Of a stretch of 64,000 nucleotides of DNA, positions 20,434 to 31,300 are shown piece by piece. The stretch lies in assembly GCA_963813025.1 (NCBI GenBank), contig CAWEXO010000004.1:96001-160000 (forward strand), in the 5' to 3' direction. The DNA comes from an uncultured Verrucomicrobiae bacterium. GTDB taxonomy: Bacteria > Verrucomicrobiota > Verrucomicrobiia > Chthoniobacterales > JAFAMB01. The position numbers were made by a program, and so were the translations under genes. Numbering within the stretch: position 1 is the stretch's first letter; each line of letters begins with the position of its first letter. Under the pieces are notes generated by a model. The model saw only the letters and a program-made list of their open reading frames with translations. It was not told where the DNA came from and did not search any database.

Positions 20434-20907
20434 ATGAGTAAACCTGTTGTCGAGGTGCAGGTTCGTGCGATTATCCCGACCTCCGGAAGTTGCGCGGTTT
20501 TTCTCGGCAATGAGGAAAAGGTTTTCGTCATCTACGTGGACCAGACCGTGGGCGCAGCCATCACGATGTTCATGCGCGGAATGCAGAAGGAGCGCCCGCT
20601 CACCCATGATCTGCTCGGTCATATCTTGCGGGCGCTGGGCGCCCAAGTGGATCGGATCATTGTCAACGATCTGAAGCGGGGTACCTACTACGCGCGATTG
20701 ATCCTGAGCGCGGAGAATGAGTTGCACCAGCGCAAGTTGGTCGAGATCGACGCTCGACCGAGCGATTGCATCGCTATGGCAACGCAGCAAAGCGCTCCGA
20801 TCTACGTCAGTCGTGAGGTTTGGGAGGAAGTCGAGGATATGGCCGAGGTACTACGCAAAATGGAGGAGGAAAGTTCCGAACCCGGCGAAGCTGGAGAAGA
20901 GGAATGA
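20434..20907 (+). CDS. Bifunctional nuclease family (DUF151)
   Basis: RPLTHDLL, GTYYARL, IDARPSDCIAMA. Confidence 0.92.
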   Translation: MSKPVVEVQVRAIIPTSGSCAVFLGNEEKVFVIYVDQTVGAAITMFMRGMQKERPLTHDLLGHILRALGAQVDRIIVNDLKRGTYYARLILSAENELHQRKLVEIDARPSDCIAMATQQSAPIYVSREVWEEVEDMAEVLRKMEEESSEPGEAGEEE

Positions 20908-21015
20908 TGCCGTCCGATCCAAACTCGTTTCCGGAGAACGAAATTTGCCGTTTGTGGTCCAGAATTCCTGCCCCGGCCGTTGCATTTGGAACTGACCCAT
21001 CTAGCTTGCGGCAGC

Positions 21016-22930
21016 ATGTCTGCACTCTGGGATATTCCCTCCGCAGTTGCCCTGTATAACATAGATCGCTGGGGTTCGGGCTATTTTACTATTAATCGGT
21101 CGGGTAATGTTCAAGTGATGCCGACCCAGTCCGAACACCAGGCGATTGACCTGATCGATGTGGTCGCCAAAGCGAAGGAGAGCGGCTTGAATTTTCCTCT
21201 GGTGATTCGCTTTCAGGATCTTCTCCGCCACCGCGTAGAGACGATCAACCGAGCCTTTCAATCGGCGATCGCGGAAGCGGGCTACCAGAATGTCTACAAA
21301 GGTGTGTTCCCGATAAAAGTCAACCAGCTGCGCGAGGTGGTTGAGGAGATCATCGATGCCGGAAAGCCTTACAATTTTGGGCTCGAGGCCGGGAGCAAGC
21401 CGGAGCTAATCGCCGCGCTGGCGGTGCATCAAAACCCGGAAAGCCTCATCATCTGCAACGGCTACAAGGACACCATTTACATCCAAAACGCCTTGCTCGG
21501 ACGCAAGCTGGGCAAGCAGGTCATTATGGTGGTGGAGAAGCTCGAGGAGATCCGTCAGATCGTGCAGGTCTCCCGCGAGATGAATGTCCTCCCGATTCTT
21601 GGCTTGCGCGTTCGTTTGCAGGCGAAGGGTTCGGGCAAATGGGCAACGAGCGGGGGCGAGAATGCGAAGTTTGGCCTCTCGACCGCGGAACTCGTCGCAG
21701 CCAGTAATTATCTGAAATCCGAAGGATTGGCCGACAGTTTGCAACTCGTTCATTTCCACGTCGGTTCGCAAGTGCCGGATATCGGCGTGATCAAGCGGGC
21801 GGTCCGCGAAGCGGCGCGCTTTTATGCCAAACTATCCAAGATGGGGCATCCGATCCGCTACATCGATGTGGGCGGTGGTCTGGGTGTGGACTACGACGGC
21901 TCGCGTACCGCCTTCGACAGTTCGATGAACTACACTCTCCAGGAATACGCCCGCGACGTCGTTTATAACATCATGGACGTCTGTGATACCGAAGAAGTGC
22001 CTCACCCGATCATCGTCAGCGAAAGTGGTCGAGCCATCGTCGCGCACCATTCGGTCTTGATCGTCGAAGCGTTTGGTTCAATCGAAAAAGGAGCGGCCGA
22101 CTTGGCCCTGACCGTACACGAGTCCGATCCGAAAGTGCTCCATGACATGACCGAGATTCAACGGACACTCACCAAGCAAAACCGGATGGAAAATCTGCAC
22201 GACGCGCAGCAGGTCAAAGAACAGGCGCAATCGATGTTTGAGCTGGGTTTGCTCGAGCTGGAAAGCAAAGCCCGGATCGAGACAATTTATTGGCAGATCG
22301 CGCAGTCCGTCGTCGATCTCTGCCGCGGAATGCGTTACGTGCCGGACGAAATCAAGGATCTGGAGACTGCGCTCGGAGACCAGTACCTATGCAATTTCTC
22401 GGTTTTCCAATCGCTGCTCGATCACTGGGCGCTCGGCCAGCTCTTTCCGGTCATGCCCGTTCACCGCCTGGAACAACCTCCGGACCGCAACGGGACGCTC
22501 GTGGATATCACTTGCGATTCCGACGGCAAAGTCAGCAAGTTTATTGATCTGCAGGACGTGCAGTGACACTTTGCCGTTGCACCGGATGATGCCTGGCGAG
22601 CCCTATTACCTTGGGTTTTTCTTGATGGGCGCCTACCAGGATATCATGGGAGACCTGCACAACCTTTTTGGCCGGGTGAACGAGGCGCACGTCTTTCTGG
22701 ATGAAGACGAAGAATCCGGCTGGTACATCGAGGAGGTCATCGAGGGCAGCACGATCGGCAGCGTTCTCTCGATGACGCAATGGGACGAAAACCTTCTGAC
22801 GCGCCTATTGAAGGGCCAGATCGATGCGGCGATTAAATCCGATCGACTCAAACCCAGCGAAGCGATGCGCCTGCTCAGCGAGTACGAACGCGGCTTGAAG
22901 GGCTACACTTACCTGAATTTTCGCAAATAA
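21016..22930 (+). CDS. speA: Biosynthetic arginine decarboxylase (one frameshift near 22560)
   Basis: FPIKVNQ, GLEAGSKPEL, HFHVGSQ, DVGGGLGVDYDG, DITCDSDG, GAYQDIMGDLHNLFG. Confidence 0.95.
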
Positions 22931-22949
22931 ATCGAGCTCCACCACTGCT

Positions 22950-25073
22950 TTAGCCCCCGAACAAGTTACGGAATGAGCGCAACAGGCGCCGGCCAAAATT
23001 ATCATCGCGGGGCGGTGGTTGCTGCTGGGCGCGGAACGGCTGCGGCTGTTCTCCGAGATGAACCGGACAGGATTTCTGCGGCACGAGAGATTGCGGCAAG
23101 GTGATCTCGTAGCTCGTTCCGGCTTCTTGACAGCCACTGGTCGCCAGATCATTCGAGATCGAGCAAAGCTGAACGTGCACGAGAGGTTCCGGCGCTGGGA
23201 ATTCGCCATCCGGATATTTCTGGCGCGACGCTTTCTCCATGATTCGTACCCAGATCGGCAGCGCAAGAGCGGCTCCGTATCCTCTTTGTTCGATCGTCTG
23301 TGGCTGATCAAAGCCGACCCAGACGCCGCAGGTTAATGAATTCGTAAAGCCGACAAACCACGCGTCTTTATAGTCATCGGTCGTTCCGGTTTTCCCGGCG
23401 GCATATCGGTCGAGGCCGAGAGACTTGGCGGAGCTGGCGGTACCCCGCTCGACTACCCCGCGAATGGTCTCAGCAATCATCCAGGCGATCGCCGGAGAGA
23501 GCACTTGAGTCTGCTGCGGGTGCGCCTGGTACACGACATTCCCCTCAGCATCATCGATGCGCTCGATCAAGTAAGGTTGTCGGCGGACGCCGTGAGCGGC
23601 CAGCGAGCTGTATGCTGCCGTGACGTCTTTCAGCGTCGACTCAAACGCGCCGAGATAGATCGCCGGAGTACTTGGAATATCGCGGGCCAAGCCGGCCGTC
23701 AGACCAAGGTTGCGAACGCGCTCCAGCGTAGCCAGTTCGCCCACGCGGATCGACATGAGATTGCGCGAGTAAATCAGGCCGTCGCGGGCGGGCCGCATTC
23801 CCCGATTTTGACTATCGGAGTTCTGCGGATTCCAATTCGGGGCGCTCTCTATTTCGCCTCGTTGAAGCGGTGCATCGCTCACCAGTGTTCCCGGCATCAT
23901 CCCTTGGGCGTAGGCCGCCGCGTAGACGAACGGTTTAAAGGTTGAGCCGATCGGGCGGTAGGCCTGGAGAGCACGGTTGAATTTGCTTTGCCGATAGTCG
24001 CGTCCACCCACCAGAGCCCGGATCGCGCCGGTCCGGCTGTCAATTGCGACCGAAGCACCCTCCAGATAGTTCGTGTCCGCTTTGTTCGCTTGATCCGATT
24101 CGGAGTAATCGGATTTGCGAGGATGTTTGTACCCTGGCTTCTGTTCAATTTCGGTCAACCAGTTGTTCACCGAGGCTTCGGACGCTTTTTGCAGAGCCGG
24201 GTCGATCGTCGTGTAAATGCGAAGACCACCTCCGTCGATCTGGTCCTGGCTGACGAGCCCCTGCAACTCGCGATACAAGGCGTCGATCGCATAGTTTTCT
24301 TGCGGCGTGTTCGGGCGCTGGCTGGCGATGCGGAGAAGGGATCGATCAGCTGCCTCCGCCTGTGACTGAGTGATCATTTTCAGCTCTTCCATCCGCTGCA
24401 GAACCTCATTGCGCTGAGCGATTGCACCATTCGGATTGTTGAAAGGCGAATACCGGTTAGGACTCCGGATCAGGCCCGCCAGCAGTGCGGCTTCTGGCAG
24501 GGTGAGCTTGGACGCGGGCTTCCCGAAGTACGCTTCGCTGGCGGTTTCCAGCCCGTAGTAGCCCGACCCGAAATAGATTCGGTTGATGTAATTCTCCAGA
24601 ATCTGATCCTTGGTGAAGTTCGCCTCGATTCGCAGGGCGACGAACGCTTCAAGCAGTTTGCGGCCCAGGTCCCGTCCGCCGAGAGAAAAACTGTTCCGGG
24701 CCAATTGTTGGGTGATTGTGCTCCCGCCCTGGCGCACTCCGTGATGTAAAAGATCGCTGATCAGCGCGCGGAATGTACCGACAAGATCGATTCCATGATG
24801 GTGATAGAAACGCGCATCCTCGCGCGCCAGCAATGCCTCCTTGAAATAAGGAGAAACGTTCTTCAGGTCGGTCAATATCCGATTTTCACCGTACAGTCTT
24901 GTATAGAGCTTGCCGTCCATGTCGTAGAGCCAGGACCGTTCCGGGATATGGCCAACCTCATGCAGATCGAAACGCAAAGACAAAACGAAGAAATAGCCGG
25001 CAAAGGCCATCGCCAGGAGCACTGCGCAGGAGCCAAACAAAACAAAGAACCGAAAAACAGCGTGTTTCTTCAC
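22950..25073 (-). CDS. Class A penicillin-binding protein (PBP1A)
   Basis: [35 protein letters not shown]. Confidence 0.95.
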   Translation of the reverse strand: MKKHAVFRFFVLFGSCAVLLAMAFAGYFFVLSLRFDLHEVGHIPERSWLYDMDGKLYTRLYGENRILTDLKNVSPYFKEALLAREDARFYHHHGIDLVGTFRALISDLLHHGVRQGGSTITQQLARNSFSLGGRDLGRKLLEAFVALRIEANFTKDQILENYINRIYFGSGYYGLETASEAYFGKPASKLTLPEAALLAGLIRSPNRYSPFNNPNGAIAQRNEVLQRMEELKMITQSQAEAADRSLLRIASQRPNTPQENYAIDALYRELQGLVSQDQIDGGGLRIYTTIDPALQKASEASVNNWLTEIEQKPGYKHPRKSDYSESDQANKADTNYLEGASVAIDSRTGAIRALVGGRDYRQSKFNRALQAYRPIGSTFKPFVYAAAYAQGMMPGTLVSDAPLQRGEIESAPNWNPQNSDSQNRGMRPARDGLIYSRNLMSIRVGELATLERVRNLGLTAGLARDIPSTPAIYLGAFESTLKDVTAAYSSLAAHGVRRQPYLIERIDDAEGNVVYQAHPQQTQVLSPAIAWMIAETIRGVVERGTASSAKSLGLDRYAAGKTGTTDDYKDAWFVGFTNSLTCGVWVGFDQPQTIEQRGYGAALALPIWVRIMEKASRQKYPDGEFPAPEPLVHVQLCSISNDLATSGCQEAGTSYEITLPQSLVPQKSCPVHLGEQPQPFRAQQQPPPRDDNFGRRLLRSFRNLFGG

Positions 25074-25837
25074 TGGTCTTTCTCAGGCCTGGGTTCCTTG
25101 CCCGCGCCGCACTCGATTGATGGTCCATCGCCGGAACTCGCTTCGGTCTCACGGTCAGCCGAGTTCGAGAGCAGATCCGGTCGCCGGCAGCTGGTCCGGA
25201 GGAGAGCTTGCTCTCTCCGCCATACCTCAATCTGCTTATGATTTCCCGAAAGCAGCACCTCCGGCACCCTCCAGCCGCGAAATACGGGAGGCCGGGTGTA
25301 TTGCGGAAACTCCAAGCGATTGTTGCTGAAGGAATCGTTCACAGCCGATTCCTCCGCGCCGAGCACCCCTGGTATAAGCCGGGCGACCGCATCGACGACT
25401 ACCGCCGCGGCGATTGCGCCGTTGGTCAGAATGTAATCGCCGATCGAGATCTCTTGATCTACCAGGTAGTCAGCTACCCTTTGATCAACACCTTCGTAAT
25501 GGCCACTAATCAGGATGAGGTGCTGCTTCTGCGCCAGCTCGGTCGCGATCGCCTGGTCAAAGCGACGGCCGGCTGGTCCCAATAGAATGACTTGCGCCTC
25601 AACGGTGCGGAGCGCTTCAATCGCGGCAAAGATGGGTTCCGGCTTCAATACCATGCCCGGACCTCCTCCATAGGGCGGCTCATCAGTGACGTGATGTTTG
25701 TCGGTTGCCCAATCGCGAATATTCAAGCATCTGACCTCAATCAAACCGTTCTGTTGCGCCCGGCCCAAGATGCTGGCACGGAATACACCTTCAATCAGCG
25801 CCGGAAACAGGGTCAAGATATCGAACCGAGTCGTCAC
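25070..25837 (-). CDS. trmD: tRNA (guanine37-N1)-methyltransferase
   Basis: [45 protein letters not shown]. Confidence 0.97.
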   Translation of the reverse strand: MTTRFDILTLFPALIEGVFRASILGRAQQNGLIEVRCLNIRDWATDKHHVTDEPPYGGGPGMVLKPEPIFAAIEALRTVEAQVILLGPAGRRFDQAIATELAQKQHLILISGHYEGVDQRVADYLVDQEISIGDYILTNGAIAAAVVVDAVARLIPGVLGAEESAVNDSFSNNRLEFPQYTRPPVFRGWRVPEVLLSGNHKQIEVWRREQALLRTSCRRPDLLSNSADRETEASSGDGPSIECGAGKEPRPEKDQ

Positions 25838-25905
25838 AGAACATTTTAGCCTGACCGATCCGGGAAGATCCTCAACTGAAATCACGACGTCGTTTTCCGG
25901 AGTAG

Positions 25906-25990
25906 CGAGTCCCGGGTCCCTAGTCCCTAATCCCGAGTTGTAAGACGCCGAGTCCCTACTCGGGACTCGCTACCCGGGACTCGGGACTCG
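25906..25990. repeat. Inverted heptamer repeats downstream of the original tRNA-Pro site
   Basis: (CGAGTCC-like)n ... (GGACTCG-like)n. Confidence 0.6.
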
Positions 25991-26006
25991 TAGATCCAAA
26001 AGAGAT

Positions 26007-26051
<45 letters not shown>

Positions 26052-26186
26052 AGTAAAATGCCTAGGGGGTCATTGCTCTTCCCGGGAGCCAAGCGGAGTA
26101 TTCAGGAGGACAAGGAGCCATAATGGTGAAAATACTGCGACTATTTGCGACCTTGACGTTTCGCGACTATCTGCGACTATTGCCTT

Positions 26187-27315
26187 ATGCCAAGAACCGC
26201 TAGCCTAAAGCCAAAGCACCGAGACGGGCGCGTAAGCGCTTGGTGCGTGTCCGTTCCTCCCGCGATGTCGCCGACTGGCAAACGCCAAGAACTGTTCTTT
26301 GCCACGAAGGGCGAAGCGCAGGCCGAATGCGAAAAGCTGAAAGCACGGAAGGACAACTTTGGTATCAGCCTTCGCGCCATGAGCCCTGCAAGGATAGCGG
26401 AAGCATCCGAAGCATTCAGGCTACTTGAGCCGTTCGACATGAGCCTTCTGGATTGCGTGCGATCGCACGTCGCTACTCTCGTCCAACGAAAGAACAGCGT
26501 AAGTTTTGGAGAAGCTTTCCGGCGCTGGGCCGATCTCAAGAAAAGCAAGTCTAAGAAATACATCTCTGAGATACGACAGGTCCGGGCCAAGTTTAACGCC
26601 ATTCAGGATGTTCCCATCTGCGACATCAAAGCCGATCACTTGGAGCCGATCCTTTCTAATCTTCCGCCAGCGTCGCGCAACGCCCACATGCGTCGGCTGC
26701 GGACTATGTTTAATCACGCAATGAAAAAGGATTGGATCCCGTTCGGTTCAAGCCCGATTGCGAGAATGGATTTCGCAGAAAGCAAAAAGCATGAGGTTGA
26801 GACGTTTCGCCAGAACATGTTGAAAAGATGCTGAGATACGCGCTGGAGCATGATTCCGACCTTTGCCATTGCTTGTCCTTGGGTTTTTCTGCGGCATCCG
26901 TCCCGAGGGCGAGCTATCCAAACTGGCATGGAGCGACCTAAGGTTCGACAAAGACAAGGCGCAGGTCGTGATACGTCCAGAAGTGTCTAAGACCCACCGT
27001 CGCCGGTTTATCGACGTTTCCGCGAACGCCATCGAATGGTTGAGACTAGCCGGGATCAAAAAGGATGGTCTGGTTCTTCCGCTCGCCGACATTACATTGA
27101 GACGCAAGCGGCGGGACATGTGCAAGAACCTAGGGATACGCTGGATCCAGCAGGGTATGCGCCACAGCTTTTGCAGCTACTGGCTAGCCATCCATGAGGA
27201 CGCCGACAAGCTTGTCCTCCAGTCAGGGCATACCGATGCCCAAACCATGTGGGAACATTATCACGCTGGTGTCACCAGAGAGTCCGCACAGCGCTTTTGG
27301 TCGATCGTTCCTTAA
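26187..27315 (+). CDS. Tyrosine integrase (frameshift near 26810-26860)
   Basis: GIRPEGEL (R), SKT (K), MRHSFCSY, SGH, EHY (Y). Confidence 0.92.
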
Positions 27316-27476
27316 GCTTCCGCAACCCGTTGTGGGCTAGCAATCGATCCGACACAATATCTTGCGATTCCGTTTGCGGGTTTGTCAACCCGTGATATTG
27401 TTGGCGGCCAGAGGGGTTTAAGGGGGGTTAAGGTACCAAAAAAGGGAACGACGAGGTTGACACGCCAGACAACGGC

Positions 27477-27659
27477 ATGACACCAAAATTCGTTCGACCA
27501 CCTGAACTAGCAAAATTCTTGTCCGTTCATCCACGCACTATTCGTGCGTGGCAATCCTCGAAAATTATTCCGTTCACAAAGATAGGCAGAACCGTGTTGT
27601 TTGACGTAGCCGAGGTCCTCGCCTGCTTATCAAAATTCAAGCGCGATATTGCCCGATGA
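27477..27659 (+). CDS. Excisionase-like HTH protein
   Basis: PPELAKFLSVHPRTIRAW...IPFTKIGRTVLFD. Confidence 0.85.
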   Translation: MTPKFVRPPELAKFLSVHPRTIRAWQSSKIIPFTKIGRTVLFDVAEVLACLSKFKRDIAR

Positions 27660-28119
27660 TTCGTGGCCCGATGATGAATGGGAAAGCCGTTTACTGGGCC
27701 GGCGGCACTGGCGCAGCACCGGCCCAGCGGCAAATCAAATCTGATGACCTTGGCGCACTCGCCTTCTCGGGCGCGTGTTCGAAATCCCGGACCTCATTGA
27801 CAAGCTTCTGGCCGGGCACTCGCACTAATGCGCGTGTGAGCGACTTGAATAGCTCGCGCAGGTGTCACTTCTTGCGCCCGGACTTCTTACGCAAAAGAGG
27901 TATAAAATGGTACAGGTAATGGCCTAAAAATACCTGAAAATATTTCATTCTGTCTGATTTCAAAGTATAGCGCTATTTGTATGTCCTAATAGGACTTATA
28001 TTATCTCATTCGCCCGTTTTTGGGACACAGATCAGCCTTTTTGGTCGCCTTAAGAGGCTGCGACACGCCTTAAGGCCGTAAATTCAGGCCAGTAATTATA
28101 CCTAACCAAAAGAATATTT

Positions 28120-28353
28120 ATGCATCCCCAAGAATACGTTACCGCACAAGATGTAGCACGAGCCAGTGGATTGGCCCTCGACGTCGTCTATTACCACATT
28201 CGGGTTAAAAACCTTCCCGCCACAAAGTTCGGGGACCAATACGCCATCAAGTCAGCGGACCTAAAAGAATTCGTCCGTCGCAAGGCGTTGCATGCCTACC
28301 TCCGTAGGCCCGGCAGACCCCGGAAGCTTCAGCCAGTTGAAGCGCTCACATAA
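28120..28353 (+). CDS. HTH_17-like DNA-binding protein with AT-hook-like tail
   Basis: TAQDVARASGL...LPATKFGDQYAI; RPGRPRK. Confidence 0.75.
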   Translation: MHPQEYVTAQDVARASGLALDVVYYHIRVKNLPATKFGDQYAIKSADLKEFVRRKALHAYLRRPGRPRKLQPVEALT

Positions 28354-28430
28354 AAAGGAAAGGGGGCCAGTTACCAGCCGGCCCCCAACAACCTAACGCG
28401 GACACATCAACCCCTTCTTAAAGAATTGAA

Positions 28431-29459
28431 ATGTCAATAACGCCTACATCGATAAATACCGATGTCAACCTGCGTCCCTGGACTCGCCGGAAGATCGACG
28501 AATGCCCAACTGCTGGAAGTGGACTGAATCGCGGGCTTAGCACCGTAGCGGTTAGCCTCCGGCACGAAACGGACGAAGACCCCGGTATTGAACTGCTTTT
28601 CAATCTGGCAGTCGAACGCGGACGTAGTGAGCGCAAGGCCAGGATCGAAGCTGAACGATTGCGGCGGAAATGGCGCGATCTGTCAGATGCGCCTGCACCC
28701 GCAATCGGAACCTGCCGGGAGCGACCCAAACCCAAGGCCGCGGCGCCCGACAAGGACCTGATCAGCCGGGCCGTAAGCGGCAGCACGTTAACCGTGGCGC
28801 AGCTAACCGAGATGTCACCCATCAAGGTCGATCCAGCGGACGATAGCGCAGCGGAAAACATTGTAGACCTACTTTTTCCCGATCGCGACATTATCTGCGC
28901 ATCCGTTAAGCACTGGGACGCCCATTGTGAACCCCATGGCGAGGCGGGGCTATCAGGGCTCAACCGTGCACAATTCCTTTGCCCGAACCCGATGCGGGAG
29001 GCTGGCCATTACAAGCAAGGCAAACCATCCCCGAGGCGCAACCTCAACGTCTTATACCGGCGCTGGTTAGTCATCGAATTCGACATAGCCAGATATGGGC
29101 GCGATGGCGTGACGCCGACCTTCTGGAAGCCGACGCTAGACCAGTGGGAGCAACAGGGCATCGGTGCGCAGGACGCACAGGCCCGACTCATCCAGCGCAT
29201 TGCTGGATACGAGTTTAATCTCGCTATGGTAGTTTTCAGTGGCGGCAAGTCACTGCATTCATGGTGGCCAGTGGCGGGCAAGCCGGAGGGCGAAGTTACC
29301 ACGTTCATCGACCGGGCCGTCAAGCTGGGCGCTGATCCAGCGGCCAAAATCCCTAGCCAGTTTTTTCGGATGCCGCACGGCAAGCGCCAGAACGGGGAAC
29401 GCCAGCGGGTGGTCTACCTGGACCTGGAAATTTTAACATCTAACACGCGAAAGAAGTAA
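28431..29459 (+). CDS. Primase/polymerase-like replication protein
   Basis: WLVIEFD, VFSGGKSLHSWW, FFRMPHG (AEP-type motifs). Confidence 0.75.
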   Translation: MSITPTSINTDVNLRPWTRRKIDECPTAGSGLNRGLSTVAVSLRHETDEDPGIELLFNLAVERGRSERKARIEAERLRRKWRDLSDAPAPAIGTCRERPKPKAAAPDKDLISRAVSGSTLTVAQLTEMSPIKVDPADDSAAENIVDLLFPDRDIICASVKHWDAHCEPHGEAGLSGLNRAQFLCPNPMREAGHYKQGKPSPRRNLNVLYRRWLVIEFDIARYGRDGVTPTFWKPTLDQWEQQGIGAQDAQARLIQRIAGYEFNLAMVVFSGGKSLHSWWPVAGKPEGEVTTFIDRAVKLGADPAAKIPSQFFRMPHGKRQNGERQRVVYLDLEILTSNTRKK

Positions 29460-29466
29460 CACACCA

Positions 29467-30100
29467 ATGGACATTATACCAAGGGCAGAAGAACGCCCGG
29501 CAGAAGACGGAAACCTAAATGCAATAACACTAGCCGGAAAATCACTCATGGACTTTTGCGACATGGAAATTAACCCGGCTCACAACCTGCTGGGCAACCG
29601 CTGGCTGGAACGGACGAATGTGGCATTTATCGTTGCGCCATCCGGACAGGGCAAGAGCACGCTGTCAATTAATGCGGCGATGGAGTGGTCCTGCGGGCGC
29701 ACATCATTCGATATTCGGCCAGTTCGGGCGTTGCGAATTTTAGTAGTTCAGGCCGAAGACAACATGAATGACTGTATGTGAGAAAATGACACCTTAACGT
29801 GAGATTCTCATTTTCACACACACACCCCTGTTTAACGACAAACTGGGCGCGTGCCATGCTCGTTCTCAGGCCGCGGCGGAAATGGCGAATGCCCAGCAAA
29901 GCCCCCGCACAAATCAATGGTCGGGATCAAATGATCTGGACAAAACCACCCAACCCGTTTTAACCGACTTTTAAGGAAATGTAAGGGAAAACAGGTCGAT
30001 CTGAATGATGAGAGGAAATATCAATTAACGCCGAAAGGCCTTAAGGAATTGGCTATTCCGCAAAGGGGGTATGGCTATTGTCAAAAATGTCAAAAACTAG
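29467..30100 (+). pseudogene. AAA_25/RepA-type helicase, collapsed or truncated
   Basis: Walker A APSGQGKST, VVQAED; downstream remnants ILIFTHTP, TNWARAMLV, YQLTPKG. Confidence 0.65.
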
Positions 30101-30397
30101 GTTTTTTGGCTTTAGTTTCAGGATTCAGTTCCTTAGAAAAAAGTGAAACTAAACTAATACCAATACGACAAGACCCACGGTGACAGCAGGGGGTGTAACA
30201 AGTTACACACCCCCACCTTGCGGGGGCTGAAGCTGCTGCACCTCGGTCTCAGGCTCTCAGAATTGAAAGTAAATCCAGATTTCGCAAATTACGAAGTTTA
30301 AAGGAAATAGATTCCATTTTTGGAGCCCCCCTCGTGCGGTTGATCCTTAAGGTGCGGTTGACAGTTGTGGCCTAAGTATTTATTGGTACAATCGCTT

Positions 30398-30592
30398 ATG
30401 AAGATTAAAACCAAGTCGGAGCCGGATCTGTTTCTACAGGGTCAATTTGCGGGCCTTCAGACTGCTCGCTCAATTTTCGAACCTACGCTGATTGCACTCA
30501 GGGAAGAAAACCGGACTCTGCGGCTGGTAAATCAAGAGGCTGCGCGAATCGCTTTGGGCCACTCCCGCATGCTGCAGTCGGTCTTGCGGTGA
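30398..30592 (+). CDS. Small hypothetical coiled-coil protein
   Basis: ORF; similar to 30990-31139. Confidence 0.5.
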   Translation: MKIKTKSEPDLFLQGQFAGLQTARSIFEPTLIALREENRTLRLVNQEAARIALGHSRMLQSVLR

Positions 30593-30706
30593 AGGGGATT
30601 TCCTCCTGTCCCGATCTCGGCCAGGGGGTGGGAATATCCGAGTGCGGTACCTATCAGAATCGCAACGGGCCTAATGGCCAGCCGGCAGAATTGCAACCAT
30701 TAGCCA

Positions 30707-30967
30707 ATGCCGTTTCCCGCTTCACCGTTTAGCGTACGGCGCGCTTTGATGGTCTGGACCATACAATCTACCAGCCTGCCCCTCAGGATAGCCCAGAAAC
30801 GGTTTCCTAGAGGGTTTTCTTGGAACGATCTGCCCGAAGTGCAATGCTTGGGTCCGGGGCATTTTATCGGACCATACGAAAAAATTCGGGCGCTTGAGAA
30901 AAGCTGGCGCGATGGACCGCTCCCATGGGAAGGCTGGAATCACCCGGTTGCCAAGGGCTGGCGCTAG
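30707..30967 (+). CDS. Hypothetical protein
   Basis: 86-aa ORF co-oriented with neighbours. Confidence 0.35.
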   Translation: MPFPASPFSVRRALMVWTIQSTSLPLRIAQKRFPRGFSWNDLPEVQCLGPGHFIGPYEKIRALEKSWRDGPLPWEGWNHPVAKGWR

Positions 30968-30989
30968 CGTTGACATCCGCCGCATCAGC

Positions 30990-31139
30990 ATGAGCGACGC
31001 CAAGCCAAAGCAGTTAAAAGCTAAATCCCAAAGCGAGGATCCGCAGTTTTTTGCGGGCATCAGGATCGCTCGCGACATCTATATGTCTAAACTCCTCCGG
31101 CTCCAGGAGGAGGTGCGGAACCTAACTCCACGCGTTTGA
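30990..31139 (+). CDS. Small hypothetical coiled-coil protein
   Basis: ORF; similar to 30398-30592. Confidence 0.5.
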   Translation: MSDAKPKQLKAKSQSEDPQFFAGIRIARDIYMSKLLRLQEEVRNLTPRV

Positions 31140-31185
31140 CTCGCAGTGGCTACTCACAACCAGGAAAAACGAATATTCTTTTTCC

Positions 31186-31214
31186 TTGCGTCGCGGCCAG
31201 GAAGCTTGCATAAT
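31186..31214 (+). promoter_or_regulatory. Sigma70-like promoter
   Basis: TTGCGT-N17-CATAAT upstream of GGAGG RBS and ATG 31301. Confidence 0.55.
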
Positions 31215-31300
31215 TTGAAGGCGATCGCAAGAAGCAAACTCTATAAATTATCACCTTGTCGGTATCTGCTTTCGCCACGCTAACGCAAAGGGAGGTTCAG

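Noticed and set aside
29781..29950. Scrambled helicase as biological rearrangement
   Set aside because: Short motif remnants are compressed into a low-complexity stretch (CACACACAC), which looks like a poor-quality read segment; it cannot be judged without reads.
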